Positions 10,208 to 22,700 of a stretch of 64,000 bases of DNA are shown piece after piece. The notes under the pieces were generated by a model. The model made no database searches, was not told the origin of the DNA, and saw only the letters and a program-made list of their open reading frames with translations. Source of the stretch: Candidatus Krumholzibacteriia bacterium. GTDB taxonomy: Bacteria > Krumholzibacteriota > Krumholzibacteriia > Krumholzibacteriales > Krumholzibacteriaceae. How positions within the stretch are numbered: the first letter of the stretch is position 1; each line of letters opens with the position of its first letter. The position numbers and the translations under genes are program-made. The stretch is taken from NCBI GenBank assembly GCA_023131975.1, contig JAGLYV010000084.1, forward strand, positions 1,065-65,064, written 5' to 3'.

Positions 10208-11281
10208 ATGGCTTCGGAAGCCGTGGAAAAACATTACAGCATCGACGTCGAGAGGATGATCGACCGGGTCCTGGAGATGCCTGCCCAGATGAGGCAGTCA
10301 TGGGAGTCGGCGGGCGCTTTTGCCGAAGAACAATCCCCGCCAGCATCGCAGATGGTCATATGTGGGATGGGTGGCTCGGCGATCGGCGGCAGATTGTTAA
10401 AGGACCTGATCGGCAGGGAAAAGGGCGCGTCGATCCACCTCGAGAGAGGTTATCTGCTGCCTTCCTTTTCTGGAACAGATACAAAAGTCATATGTGTCAG
10501 TTACAGCGGAAATACCGAAGAGGTCATCAGCACCTTCAGGGACGGATTGTCCAGGGGATGTGAAGTCTCTGTAATTACTTCAGGCGGCATTTTGATGGAC
10601 GAAGCCGTGAAGGCGGGAGTGCCCCTGCTGAAAGTCCCGGACGGTATTCCGCCAAGGGCCGCCATAGGACACCTGTTCACGCCGCTTCTCAGGATCGTGA
10701 CTGAATGGGGGATATTCTCTGTCGATGGGGGCGGTTTTTCTTCCGCGATGGAAAATATGGAAAGCCTGCTTGATGATTGCAGGCCGGATGCCGATCTTGC
10801 GGGAAATAGCGCTCTGCAGCTGGCACATCGTCTTTATGGCAAGGTGCCATTGATATACAGCGGGAACGGGTTGCTTTCCGGTATTTCGTACAGATGGAAA
10901 TGCCAGTTGAACGAAAACAGTAAATGTATGGCCTTTTCAAATACCTTTCCCGAACTCGGACATAATGAGGTCATGGCCTGGGAATGTCCCGAGAAGCTGA
11001 GGCAGGACATCTTTCTGATAATGCTTCGTGACAGGGATGATCATCCCAGAGTGCAGAAGAGAATCGATGCGACGATGTCGATACTCGAACCGCTTGCCGG
11101 CGGTTCGATAGGGTTGGATAGCGACGGTGGTGGCGGGGGAGTCGGTCGGCTGTCGAGACTTCTTTCGATGTTGGCCATGGCAGACCTTACGAGTGTCTAT
11201 CTTGCCGTAGAGTATGGAAGAGACCCCACGCCGATAGGCAAGATAGAAGAGATAAAGAAAAAGCTCGGATCGGAGGATTGA
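10208..11281 (+). CDS. bifunctional phosphoglucose/phosphomannose isomerase (SIS domain, archaeal-type PGI/PMI)
   Basis: SIS-domain motif ICGMGGSAIGG and overall PGI/PMI-family architecture, 357 aa. Confidence 0.75.
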   Translation: MASEAVEKHYSIDVERMIDRVLEMPAQMRQSWESAGAFAEEQSPPASQMVICGMGGSAIGGRLLKDLIGREKGASIHLERGYLLPSFSGTDTKVICVSYSGNTEEVISTFRDGLSRGCEVSVITSGGILMDEAVKAGVPLLKVPDGIPPRAAIGHLFTPLLRIVTEWGIFSVDGGGFSSAMENMESLLDDCRPDADLAGNSALQLAHRLYGKVPLIYSGNGLLSGISYRWKCQLNENSKCMAFSNTFPELGHNEVMAWECPEKLRQDIFLIMLRDRDDHPRVQKRIDATMSILEPLAGGSIGLDSDGGGGGVGRLSRLLSMLAMADLTSVYLAVEYGRDPTPIGKIEEIKKKLGSED

Positions 11282-12255
11282 TGAAAGCTGTTATTCCGGT
11301 TGCCGGAATTGGAAAGAGACTCAGGCCGCAGACATACACCAGCCCGAAGGCTCTGGTGACTGTAGCGGGAAAACCGATCCTCGGACATATCGTAGATGGG
11401 CTCATCAACATGGGTGTGACAGAACTCGTGCCTATCATCGGTTACAAGGGAGAGCAGATACGGGAATACCTGACCAGTGAATATGATATGAAGATGGATT
11501 TCGTCGTACAGACGGAGCAGAAGGGGATCGCTCATGCCGTGTCGCTGACCAGGGAATTCGCGGACAGTAGCGAATTGATAATAATCCTCGGTGATACGAT
11601 CATCGATACTGATTTCAGCAGGATTCCCGAGGCTGGAGATTACGTCCTTGGAGTAAGGGAAGTGGAGGACCCGAGGCGGTTCGGGATATGTGAGGTCTCC
11701 GGAGGAAAGATCACAAGCATCGTCGAGAAACCTGACGATCCGAAAGGCAACCTGGCGATTGTCGGGCTCTATTATTTCAAGGATTCTTCACCGCTCTACG
11801 AGGCGTGCGCCCATGTTATAGAAAATGATATAAAGACGAAGGGCGAGTATCAGATCACTGACGCGCTTTCCAGGATGATCGATACCGGAACAGGATTCAG
11901 CCCTTACGAGATAGGCGACTGGTTCGATTGCGGCAAGTTAGAGACCCTGCTTGAGACGAACCGGATCCTGCTTGAGGGCAGCAAATCCGTGAAGCATGGT
12001 GTGAACACGGTCATTACCGGACCCTGCTATATCGCGGAGGACAGTGTGATAGAGAATTCCGTTATAGGTCCCTATGTGACGGTCGCAAGCGGATGTTCTA
12101 TCAGGGATTCGGTCATCAGCAATTCAATATTGAATAGAGGCAGCTCCCTTTCAAACGTGATCCTGGAAGATAGCGTCATAGGAGCCGGAGCGGAAGTGAA
12201 AGGCAGAAAGGGAAGCTTGAATATAAGTGACGACTCGCAGGTAGACCTGGGTTGA
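11278..12255 (+). CDS. sugar-phosphate nucleotidyltransferase with C-terminal left-handed beta-helix
   Basis: N-terminal KAVIPVAGIGKRLRP nucleotidyltransferase motif; C-terminal hexapeptide-repeat region; 4-bp overlap with upstream gene. Confidence 0.7.
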   Translation: MMKAVIPVAGIGKRLRPQTYTSPKALVTVAGKPILGHIVDGLINMGVTELVPIIGYKGEQIREYLTSEYDMKMDFVVQTEQKGIAHAVSLTREFADSSELIIILGDTIIDTDFSRIPEAGDYVLGVREVEDPRRFGICEVSGGKITSIVEKPDDPKGNLAIVGLYYFKDSSPLYEACAHVIENDIKTKGEYQITDALSRMIDTGTGFSPYEIGDWFDCGKLETLLETNRILLEGSKSVKHGVNTVITGPCYIAEDSVIENSVIGPYVTVASGCSIRDSVISNSILNRGSSLSNVILEDSVIGAGAEVKGRKGSLNISDDSQVDLG

Positions 12256-12374
12256 TGAAGATTTTTTTCATGAGCCCTGGCTCTGTGAAGATCGATCGAT
12301 AAACTGATTTTCCAGAGAAACAGGAACTTTAATCGAATTGTAGACTAAATAGAGAATATTAAAGGAGGGCCCAG

Positions 12375-13517
12375 ATGTCGGAAAAACACCTATTTACATC
12401 GGAATCAGTCACGGAGGGACATCCTGACAAGGTCGCCGACCAGATATCGGACAGCATCGTCGATGCCATCCTGAACGAAGATCCAGGTGGCAGGGTCGCG
12501 TGCGAGACTCTTGTGACAACAGGTATGGCGTTCATCGCTGGCGAGATACATACGAATGCCTATGTTGATATTCCCACTATCGCGAGAAATGTGGTTCATG
12601 AGATCGGTTACGACGATCCGGCTCTGGGGTTTGCCGCGCAGACTTCGGCCGTTATCACATCGATAGACGAACAGTCCGGTGATATCGCGATGGGAGTCGA
12701 TACTGGCGGGGCCGGGGACCAGGGCATGATGTTCGGCTTTGCCTGCAGGCAGACCGACGTCCTTATGCCGATGCCGATTCATATGGCGCACAAACTGGTC
12801 AGGAAGATGTCGGAGATACGAAAAGGCAATATTCTCGATTATCTGAAACCCGACGGGAAATCCCAGGTAACGATAGAGTACATAGATAACCAGCCTCAGA
12901 GAATCGATACGGTCCTTCTTTCCACGCAGCACAGTGAGGATGTATCGATCGAAGAGATCAGGGAAGGCCTTACGGAAAACGTCATCAAGCCGGTGCTGTC
13001 GGAATTCGATGTGGACAAATCGGATTACCGGATACTGGTCAACCCTACGGGCCGGTTTGTCAAGGGCGGCCCGAGCGCGGATACCGGGCTCACCGGCAGA
13101 AAGATCATCGTCGATACCTATGGCGGTTTTGGCAGTCACGGTGGAGGAGCTTTTTCGGGCAAGGATCCCACAAAGGTAGACAGGTCAGCGTCGTACGCGG
13201 CAAGACATGTCGCCAAGAATATAGTAGGGGCCGGACTGGCCGAATCTTGTGAAGTGCAGCTCGCCTACGCTATCGGCGTGGTGGAGCCGGTCTCTGTCAT
13301 GGTCGACACTTTCGGTACGGGTACGCAGACTGACGAAAAGCTGACGGCAGTCGTCCGTGAAGTCTTTGACCTGACACCGAAGGGGATCATCGAGAGACTC
13401 GACCTGCGCAGGGGTATTTACAAACAGACGGCGGCCTTCGGGCATTTTGGCAGGGAAGAAGCAGATTTTACATGGGAGAAACTGGACTTTGTCGATCTGT
13501 TGAAGTCAAAGTTCTGA
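12375..13517 (+). CDS. metK: S-adenosylmethionine synthetase
   Basis: [18 protein letters not shown] motifs; 380 aa; strong SD AAGGAGG. Confidence 0.95.
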   Translation: MSEKHLFTSESVTEGHPDKVADQISDSIVDAILNEDPGGRVACETLVTTGMAFIAGEIHTNAYVDIPTIARNVVHEIGYDDPALGFAAQTSAVITSIDEQSGDIAMGVDTGGAGDQGMMFGFACRQTDVLMPMPIHMAHKLVRKMSEIRKGNILDYLKPDGKSQVTIEYIDNQPQRIDTVLLSTQHSEDVSIEEIREGLTENVIKPVLSEFDVDKSDYRILVNPTGRFVKGGPSADTGLTGRKIIVDTYGGFGSHGGGAFSGKDPTKVDRSASYAARHVAKNIVGAGLAESCEVQLAYAIGVVEPVSVMVDTFGTGTQTDEKLTAVVREVFDLTPKGIIERLDLRRGIYKQTAAFGHFGREEADFTWEKLDFVDLLKSKF

Positions 13518-13568
13518 TAGAGATGCCGGATCGGGAATCCGAAGTCCGGATAAAGCTGGATTGATTAA

Positions 13569-14864
<1,296 letters not shown>

Positions 14865-14876
14865 CTGAAGACAGTT

Positions 14877-14950
14877 AAAAGGGGGGGCGTTATTGCGGAC
14901 GAAAGCCGGTTGGGAGAACGGCTTTCTTACCGCAAAAGCGCCCCCCTTTT
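14877..14950. terminator. long GC-rich hairpin flanked by A4/T4 tracts (bidirectional intrinsic terminator between convergent ahcY and GWxTD gene)
   Basis: AAAAGGGGGGGCG...CGCCCCCCTTTT with nested inner palindromes (TTGCGG/CCGCAA, AAGCCG/CGGCTT). Confidence 0.6.
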
Positions 14951-15050
14951 CTATCATGACAGCAAGGGAAAGTAGTGGAGAGAACAGTTTTCTTACCGCA
15001 AAGCGGGGCCCTTTTACTATCAGGCCGACTATAAAAAGTAGTTAAGAGAA
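14905..15050. repeat. three imperfect direct copies of a GAGAAC(G/A)G(C/T)TTTCTTACCGCAAA-type unit (terminator-associated intergenic repeat)
   Basis: gagaacggctttcttaccgcaaaagcgcccccctttt / gagaacagttttcttaccgcaaagcggggcccttttac / gagaacggctgctgtac seen in sequence. Confidence 0.5.
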
Positions 15051-15069
15051 CGGCTGCTGTACAACAGCA

Positions 15070-16716
15070 TTATTCCAGGATCGAGAAGTTCGATCGTTGC
15101 TCCACTATGTGTCGGGTACGGCGGTCCATCACCTCGACTATCAGGGTGAAGGAGCCTTCCCAGAGATTGTCAGTAGCTATCTCGAGGCGCTGAGTCTGGG
15201 TCGACCCGAATCCCGTGGTCTCGAACTGTGAGCTTATCACCGGGGGGGGGTCCTCGAGTACGGGGCCTTTACGGCGCTTGGTCATCGGAATGATCCTGTA
15301 GTCTATCGAATAGAGGCCCAGTCCCTCGCTGTCAGTGTCAAGCCCGTAGATCTCGAAGTAGAAGGTAAGCGGGTATGGGATCTTGTAGGCGTGCAGGGGA
15401 TGGGGTACGACCTGTAGCTCGCCCTTCTGGAACTTCACCAGGCCTGTAATTTCCCTTATGCTGCTGGCGAAGAGGATATCGCTGAGAGCGAGGCCCCTGT
15501 CCAGTGGTTTCAGGTCGATGTTGGTCCTGAAGACACCTTTCTTTCCGGAAGTGGTGTCGGTGGCCTCCAGGCCCAGCCTGTAGTAGCCCGGCTTGAGCGC
15601 GACGACAAGCTGCCCCGGAATGTGGCTCGGTCCCTGCCAGACATCTCCACCGGTCTGCGAGGCATTTACCATATCGCTCACTCTGGCAACTTCGTTCATG
15701 TCCATATCCCGTACGAGTACGTCGAGTCTGATATCGGCCGTCAGCAGATTGTCTTTCCGGGTGAACTTAAGCGCGCTGCTCGGGATCTCGAAATTGACCT
15801 CAGTTCTGATAACGTTTTCGCCGCCGCTGAAATTGGTGACATCGAAGAATAACGGAAGCTGGTTGTCCCTGAGTTCGACCGAGTATATGACGGGATTTTC
15901 TTTCATATATTTGTAGAAGTTGTTTTTGCTCTTCTGCTGTTTCTCGGCCTGTATCGCGGCTATCATGTCCCTGGGGATCTCGCCCCGGATATTCGGGTCG
16001 GCGATATAGTCTATTCTGTCCGGGTTAAAATTCATGATTCCCGCAAGTTCCTGGTCGGTGATCACCTGGTTGAGTTCGGCCGGCATGAATTCCATAAATT
16101 CGCCAAGCGCTTTCAGCTTGTCCAGCTGTTCCCGGCCTGTAAGTCCGTAGGTCTCGAAGGCGAATATGAATTCGCCATGGAGGCTGAAGTTCTGGAATGC
16201 GACGAGCATGTCTAGGGAATGGTAGTACCACAGCTCCCCCGGGGGGACCATACGGTAGAACCCGATATCGGCGGGTATACTTCTTCTCTCGGCAGGCAGG
16301 CCGTAGCGGATAAGCATTTCGCCTCTTTTGTCCCAGCCGGGAGGTTTTTTCATCGAGTAGAGTTTCCGGGCGAGTTCGACGCGGGCCTCGTGCTCGATCT
16401 TTCGTTCGTTATCAGGGGAGGCGGGTGTCGGGTCGAGTTCGATCCAGAAGCGTTTGACCCAGGCTCTCCGCTCGACCCTGGTCTCGAGAGAGAGAAACTG
16501 CTTCATCTGGTGCCTGTTCATCGAGTATCGCAGGCCGAAGTAGGTGACGAGCTCTTTCTGCGACAGCTTTCTGAGCATTTCGTTCTCACCCTTGAATTCC
16601 TCGGCGGAAACATTCAGGGGGGACAGGATGATCATGGCGGACAGTAAGATAAGGAAAACGAAGATCGGCAGGGTGCGATTTGTCAGGATATGCTTCGCGA
16701 AGAGTAGATTTTTCAA
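15070..16716 (-). CDS. GWxTD domain-containing secreted protein
   Basis: N-terminal signal peptide; PPGWDKRGEMLIRYGLP matches the GWxTD motif; 548 aa. Confidence 0.6.
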   Translation of the reverse strand: MKNLLFAKHILTNRTLPIFVFLILLSAMIILSPLNVSAEEFKGENEMLRKLSQKELVTYFGLRYSMNRHQMKQFLSLETRVERRAWVKRFWIELDPTPASPDNERKIEHEARVELARKLYSMKKPPGWDKRGEMLIRYGLPAERRSIPADIGFYRMVPPGELWYYHSLDMLVAFQNFSLHGEFIFAFETYGLTGREQLDKLKALGEFMEFMPAELNQVITDQELAGIMNFNPDRIDYIADPNIRGEIPRDMIAAIQAEKQQKSKNNFYKYMKENPVIYSVELRDNQLPLFFDVTNFSGGENVIRTEVNFEIPSSALKFTRKDNLLTADIRLDVLVRDMDMNEVARVSDMVNASQTGGDVWQGPSHIPGQLVVALKPGYYRLGLEATDTTSGKKGVFRTNIDLKPLDRGLALSDILFASSIREITGLVKFQKGELQVVPHPLHAYKIPYPLTFYFEIYGLDTDSEGLGLYSIDYRIIPMTKRRKGPVLEDPPPVISSQFETTGFGSTQTQRLEIATDNLWEGSFTLIVEVMDRRTRHIVEQRSNFSILE

Positions 16717-16750
16717 TTCATCCCATCCTTTTTTTCGATATTCCGGACCT

Positions 16751-17830
16751 TTACTTGTTCGCCCTGTACAGCAGTGTCACTCCCAGCAGAAAAAAGACAA
16801 TATTCCCCAGCCAGGCCGAAAGCATCGGTTCGAGTACCCCACTGTGACCCAGCGCCTGGCCTATACGGAGGATGCCGTAATAGGTGAAGCTTATCAGCAG
16901 TGTCATGCCGAACCCGGTCGCCATCGACGGCTTTCGCTTGGCGGACGACAGCGCTACCCCGATCAGCGCGAAGATCAGGGACGTGAACGGGAAGCTGAAT
17001 TTAAAATAAAGGTCGACCTTGTATTTGTCAATCGATCCGCCCCCTCTTCTCACCTTGTCGATGTGTTCCAGGAGTTCTGAGAACCTCATTTCTTCCGGTT
17101 CGATATCTTCTTTGGAGAAGTCTTCCGGTTTTTCCGGAAGTTCGGGCATCTCTCTCCGCCTGAAGTTTGTTATCGATTCTCCCGAATCATGGAACTCCCT
17201 GATGACGCCATCGACGAATACCCATTTGAGCCCGTCCCAGAACGCCTTTTTCGCGTCGATCCTCTTGGCGAGGGTCGCCCCATCGTACTCATTCACTATT
17301 ATATTGACCATCATCGACATCGATATGTCATAACGCTCGGCGTAATAGGTCCTTGAATTTTCTCCCTGGTAGTGCAGGTCGGTCTTGTACCTGAAAGAAC
17401 TGCGCTTCTTTCTCTTCTCGATCTGGACCAGCATGATCTCTTCGGATTTCCTTTTCGACATGGGGACCAGGATGTCGTTGAAGACTATAGAGGCACCGGT
17501 GATAAAAAATGCCGAGATGAAAAGAGGCATTGCCACGCGGACAAGGGATGTGCCGGATGCTATGAACGCGGTAAGTTCGTTGTTACGGGATAGTTTTCCA
17601 AGAGTGAAGATGGTAGAAAGAAGGACGGCTACGGGCGTGACAAGAAGGAGTATCCAGGGCAGTTCAAAGAGATAGTACGATGTTACCTGGAAGATCGTCG
17701 CATCGTGGTCGATGAAATTGTCTATCTCCTCATTGATATCGACCGTGACAAAGATAACGGCGAAAGCGATGAGTCCGAGGAAGACGTTTCGCCAGAATCC
17801 GGATAAAATATATCTATCATGAATACGCAA
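16751..17830 (-). CDS. LptF/LptG-family permease (YjgP/YjgQ)
   Basis: Six-TM architecture with a periplasmic insert; N-terminal IHDRYILSGFWRNVFLGL typical of the family. Confidence 0.8.
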   Translation of the reverse strand: MRIHDRYILSGFWRNVFLGLIAFAVIFVTVDINEEIDNFIDHDATIFQVTSYYLFELPWILLLVTPVAVLLSTIFTLGKLSRNNELTAFIASGTSLVRVAMPLFISAFFITGASIVFNDILVPMSKRKSEEIMLVQIEKRKKRSSFRYKTDLHYQGENSRTYYAERYDISMSMMVNIIVNEYDGATLAKRIDAKKAFWDGLKWVFVDGVIREFHDSGESITNFRRREMPELPEKPEDFSKEDIEPEEMRFSELLEHIDKVRRGGGSIDKYKVDLYFKFSFPFTSLIFALIGVALSSAKRKPSMATGFGMTLLISFTYYGILRIGQALGHSGVLEPMLSAWLGNIVFFLLGVTLLYRANK

Positions 17831-17865
17831 TGCCAGACTTCCCCTTTAACCGTACTGAATCCACC

Positions 17866-19248
17866 TTATCTGGAACGCCACTTTTTTACCAGATTGAACT
17901 TCGCCCAGTTGATGGTCTGCGATTCTCGGACGGTGCTCCATGTGAGTAGTCCGGCCGCGAGCAACAGGATGATGTTCGGTGCCCACATGGCCAGCCAGGC
18001 CGAGACAAACTGCCTGTCAGCGAGTTTTTCTCCGCTGATCAGAAACATGTAATATACCAGAAAGAAGAGGATACTGAACCCGATCGATATCGTCATCCCC
18101 TTTTTTCCCGAACGTATGGCCAGGGGCGCTCCAAGCAGCACGAAGATGATACAGCTGAACGGTATGGAGAACTTCTTGTGTATCTCCACCTGGTACCGGC
18201 TGATCATCCTTTTGGAGGAATCGATTATTCGAGCCGCGCTTTCGAGGTCGTGGATTATTTTCTTCTCCGGCCGGTCGGCCATGCGGGCTTTTACAGAGGC
18301 ACTGTGGTCGGGAATGATCCGTTCCTTTTCGCCACCGGGTCTTTCTTTGCTGAGCGAGGGGGCGGCTTTGGAGAGTTGCTCGATCATTCTGTCGGCCCCG
18401 CCGATATGCATCGTCTGTCTGTACCCTTCGATCTCCTGCTCTTTTTCTTTGACCCTGTCCAGCATCATCCTCACAGTCATCTCCCTGTCCCCCCTGTGGC
18501 TTCTTTCCGAACGTGCGAGGCTGCGATCGACATCTTTCATGTTAAGTGTGAAATGATTGAACAGGGTTTTTCTGTAGGTCGAAATATCTTTCGGGTCGGG
18601 CATCTCGTGGATCTCACCGTCTTCGAGTTCGAACCTGAGAGCGTTGTCCTCGTACACATAATACATCTTGCCGTGGTCGGCAATGATAGTCGTGGGGATG
18701 TTGCCCTTTGTCTTATGGAAGATCTGGACATCACGGATCTCGCCCGTCTTGTCGTTTTTCTGTTTGACCAGGATCGTGTAGCCCTGGATCGCGCTGGAAA
18801 AGATGTTTTCCTTTATCTCCAGCGTCGGTTTCATCTTGCGGATATCGAGGTAGAGATTGAGGAACCTGTGGTTGCTCTCAGGCAGGATGACGTTCTGGTA
18901 ATGTACCTGACCGAGGAAGAGCAGAAAAGACGCGACGAACACGGGGAAGATTATCCTGTAGAGTGAGATCCCGCTGGATTTCATGGCCGTGATCTCGTTG
19001 CCGGAGGTCAGTTGTCCGAAAGCCATGAGCGTAGAGGGCAGCACAGACATTGGAATGATTAATGCGAACATATGACCGAGGCTGAGGATGAAGAACTCGA
19101 GGACAACGAGGAACGCGACCCCCTTGCCGATGAAGAGATCGAGGTAACGGAAGAGAAAATCCATAACGAAAACGAAGGTGATTATAGATATACTGAAGAA
19201 GTATGGCTGGATATGCGCTTTGAAAATATATCTGTCAATTATATGCAT
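17866..19248 (-). CDS. LptF/LptG-family permease (YjgP/YjgQ), longer paralogue
   Basis: N-terminal IIDRYIFKAHIQPYFFS..., paired with the downstream paralogue as in lptFG operons. Confidence 0.8.
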   Translation of the reverse strand: MHIIDRYIFKAHIQPYFFSISIITFVFVMDFLFRYLDLFIGKGVAFLVVLEFFILSLGHMFALIIPMSVLPSTLMAFGQLTSGNEITAMKSSGISLYRIIFPVFVASFLLFLGQVHYQNVILPESNHRFLNLYLDIRKMKPTLEIKENIFSSAIQGYTILVKQKNDKTGEIRDVQIFHKTKGNIPTTIIADHGKMYYVYEDNALRFELEDGEIHEMPDPKDISTYRKTLFNHFTLNMKDVDRSLARSERSHRGDREMTVRMMLDRVKEKEQEIEGYRQTMHIGGADRMIEQLSKAAPSLSKERPGGEKERIIPDHSASVKARMADRPEKKIIHDLESAARIIDSSKRMISRYQVEIHKKFSIPFSCIIFVLLGAPLAIRSGKKGMTISIGFSILFFLVYYMFLISGEKLADRQFVSAWLAMWAPNIILLLAAGLLTWSTVRESQTINWAKFNLVKKWRSR

Positions 19249-19781
19249 AATTTGCAGTTACCATGTTAAATCGTAAGTCCAGAGCCTATGCTCCGGCCCA
19301 GTGAAAAAGATGCAATCTTTGTTCCGGGGCCGTCTGGACTTGTAGACGACAAATAGACCGTACACACGCTGACCCCCCCCCTGGTCCTCTGAAAAATCGA
19401 CCGGCAGGGGTGTGGTGTATTTGTACCCTTTTGTGGACAGGTGGGGGCTTTTCTGTATCTTTTCAAGGACAGAATGCCAGCCTCCTGGATCCCCGGGTAG
19501 AACGATGTAACACCGTTGTAGTTACATCAAGTAATTTAGCATATTATGGTTTGTGCTGGACAGTCAATTCTGGCATCTTCAATCGAGGGTGGATGAAGAA
19601 ACAGAACGGAAAAAGAAACTGTCACCGTGACAAATATCCCCGGCTGTCCATTTCGCCGGGTGTTTCTGCCTGTCGCACAGGGCCACTCTCCGACCGACCG
19701 GAATCCACGGTCGGCATCTCTCTGTCCTCCGCCTGCCAGGCAACGGGCATCGGGACTATCCGCCAGATCCTTTTCCTGCTC

Positions 19782-22700
19782 ATGTTTTTACCACTCGTAT
19801 TGTCTGCCGTACCTCTGAACGCGCAGATCGCCGATCCGGCGGAAGATATCTGGAAAATCGATCTTCTCGATATAGCGGAGCAGATCGAAGTGAGATATTA
19901 TATGGCGGAAAATGAGGGGCGTGTCCCTCCGAAGTACCTGCTGATCAACAACATCTGTTTCTATCCGAACTTTCTTCGGAGCGAATTCGATCTGAGAAGA
20001 CAATTTATCGAATACGATCCGATCACCGGTCGGATATTCAAATACAGGGTTCCCGGTGATTATTCGTTTTCGAGGACGGAAGAGCGCGATGGTGTCTATT
20101 ATGTCAGAAGCGCGAGGAATGTCGATATACCCGGGATGACAATACGATCGTATTCGATAGATGAACGAGCCGATGTGATAGGTGCCGTGGGATTTAAAAA
20201 ATCCTGGATCTCGGACATAAGGTACAACCTCCAGCGAGAGAGAGAAGCACGGCGCTCCGGTGGACTGATAGACCTTAATATACCGATCAAGTTGCCGAAG
20301 CAGATCGAGTGGCTGATCGGTGATGGGGAAGAGACGAGGCTGACCGTATCCGGCAAGGAGACGATCACGATAGGCGGGACGTCGAAATGGTGCGCCAACT
20401 GCCCGGTGACGGAGGGACGGCCGAAGCAGCAGAAATTCCCCGATCTCGACATGGAGCAGCAGCTCACAGTCAATCTTCACGGAAATATCGGCGAGAAGAT
20501 ACATGTGAATATCGATCATTCCAGCATGGGGTCCGGTATGGGGTCGACGAACAGGGTGAGTCTGAACTACGAGGGGCTGGATGACGAGATAATCAGGTCC
20601 ATTGAAATGGGCGACACGGATCTTACCCTCAGCGGAGCCCAGCTGATTAGCTACTCGGGCGCGGCGAAAGGGTTGTTCGGCGTGAAGGTCAAGGCGCAGC
20701 TCGGAGTCGCCGACATCACTTTGATCGCCAGCAAGGAAGAGGGTGAGAGTGCCTCAGGCAGCTACTCAGGGACGGGAGGGCAGAGCAGCGAGACGACTAT
20801 AGCCGACCATAATTACATCAAAAGGCAATATTTCTATTTCGAGACTCCAGGCGAGTCTTTCGAAACGCCTCAGCCGGGTTTTATAAATTCTTCGATCCGG
20901 TATTTCCCGGTGATCGGAGGGGGCGTTAACGATATGATCGAGGTCTTCATCTCCCTCGAACAGTATGAACTTCAGAATTACCAGGGAGGAGCGAAGCTGC
21001 AGCTGAAGGCCTGCGCCGACCCGGAAAACGACGGTGTGACCGGGGCCGAAACTGATAACATCGTTCAGTGGTACGGGATACTCAGGGAGAATGATGCCAC
21101 GGGTCAGGGAGATTACTCCCTCATTCAGCTGATCGGTGACGACAGTCAGGTCAGGTATCTCGGGATCAGGCTTAATTCACCTCTGAGGGAGACCAAGTCT
21201 CTTGCTGTCAGGTACAAGTCGGACGGGGGTTTTCCCGATGATCCCGCTCAGCATTTTGAAGTAGGCGATTATAATGTCTACCCCGACATTCCCGAAAACG
21301 ACACGCTCCTCGCCGAGTTGATATGTCCCGAGACGGACGATCAGAGTGACCCGGAAACGCAGGGGAGATTCTGGTCGACATGGAATATGATGTTCAGGAA
21401 TATCTATTCCCTTGGAAGCGCAGGCCTGGCCGATGGCGCGATAAATGTCCGTATAGACAGAGTCTCGACGATCATCGGTGCGAAGCATATCCAGAAGGAA
21501 ACCGGGGTCAATTTTATGCAGGTCTTCGGCCTCGACCAGGAGAACACCGAGGGTGTCAGGGTGCCTGACGACCTCATAGACGACAAGAAGGGCGTCGTTA
21601 ACTATTATTACGGATATATCCAGTTTCCCTGGTTCGAGCCTTTCAAGATACCGAGATCGCAACTTATTAACTACCTCGATCCGGATTACGTCCCCGACCC
21701 GTTCCACACACCTTCCCCTGGCGTTGAGGCGGATGCCGACTCAGTGCTTAAGTACCTCGAATTGAACGAGATGATCTATCTCGATTATGCCAAGGCGGGG
21801 CTGACCAATCCCCCCCACAACTTCAATATTGTCATCGAGACGAGCAGTGGTAGCCGGACCTTCCAGCTCAACGCCTTCGATATCATCGCGGGGACGGAAG
21901 TCGTCTCTGTCGATGGCGAGAAGCTGATCGCCGGTACGGACTACACGATCGACTATATGTCGGGGATGGTCACTCTCAAGGGAGACCGTCTGCTTACGAT
22001 GACTTCTGACAGCAGGGTGTCGATAGAGTATCAGCACAAGCCTCTTGTCGGGGGAGGCAAGACATCCCTGCTCGGTGTCGGGGCTAATTTCAATATATCC
22101 AGCAATGCGAGGATGAACGCCAGTTTCATCTACAATTCGGTAGGAACGCCGAGGTACAATCCGCGGCTTGGCGACGAACCGACGCGGACGATGGCGGCCG
22201 ACATAAACGGGACATTCCAGTTTTATCCGCGGTGGATGACATCCATGGCGAACCTGCTGCCGCGTGTGGATACCGACACGCAAAGCAGCCTGAACATCAG
22301 TGGTGAGGTGGCTGTATCCATTCCGAATCCAAACACCAAGGGAGAGGCCTTCATCGACGATATGGAAGGTGTCGAGGACAGCGATCAGGTGACAGTGGTG
22401 AGAAAGCTCTGGTACGAAGCAAGTCCTCCGGTCGACCCCCAGAATCCCGGGTCGACCCTCGACCCCGTAACGGACGGCGATTTCTTCTGGTACAATCCTG
22501 TTCGAGAAGAGACGAGTCCACTCTATAAATACACTTCCAGCAAAAGAGATCTCAATCCGAGACTTGATATGAGAGAAAACTCGGCCATCGCTTCCCTCTT
22601 TCTCAAGACTATCGATCCTGGTCCGGGCGACTGGTGTGGAGTGATGACCGGTTTTGCGGGCGGGCTCGATGTGCAGACCGCGCAGTATCTGGAGATCTGG

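Noticed and set aside
12256-12374. Possible SAM riboswitch upstream of metK
   Set aside because: The 119-bp leader shows none of the conserved SAM-I or SAM-II sequence blocks.
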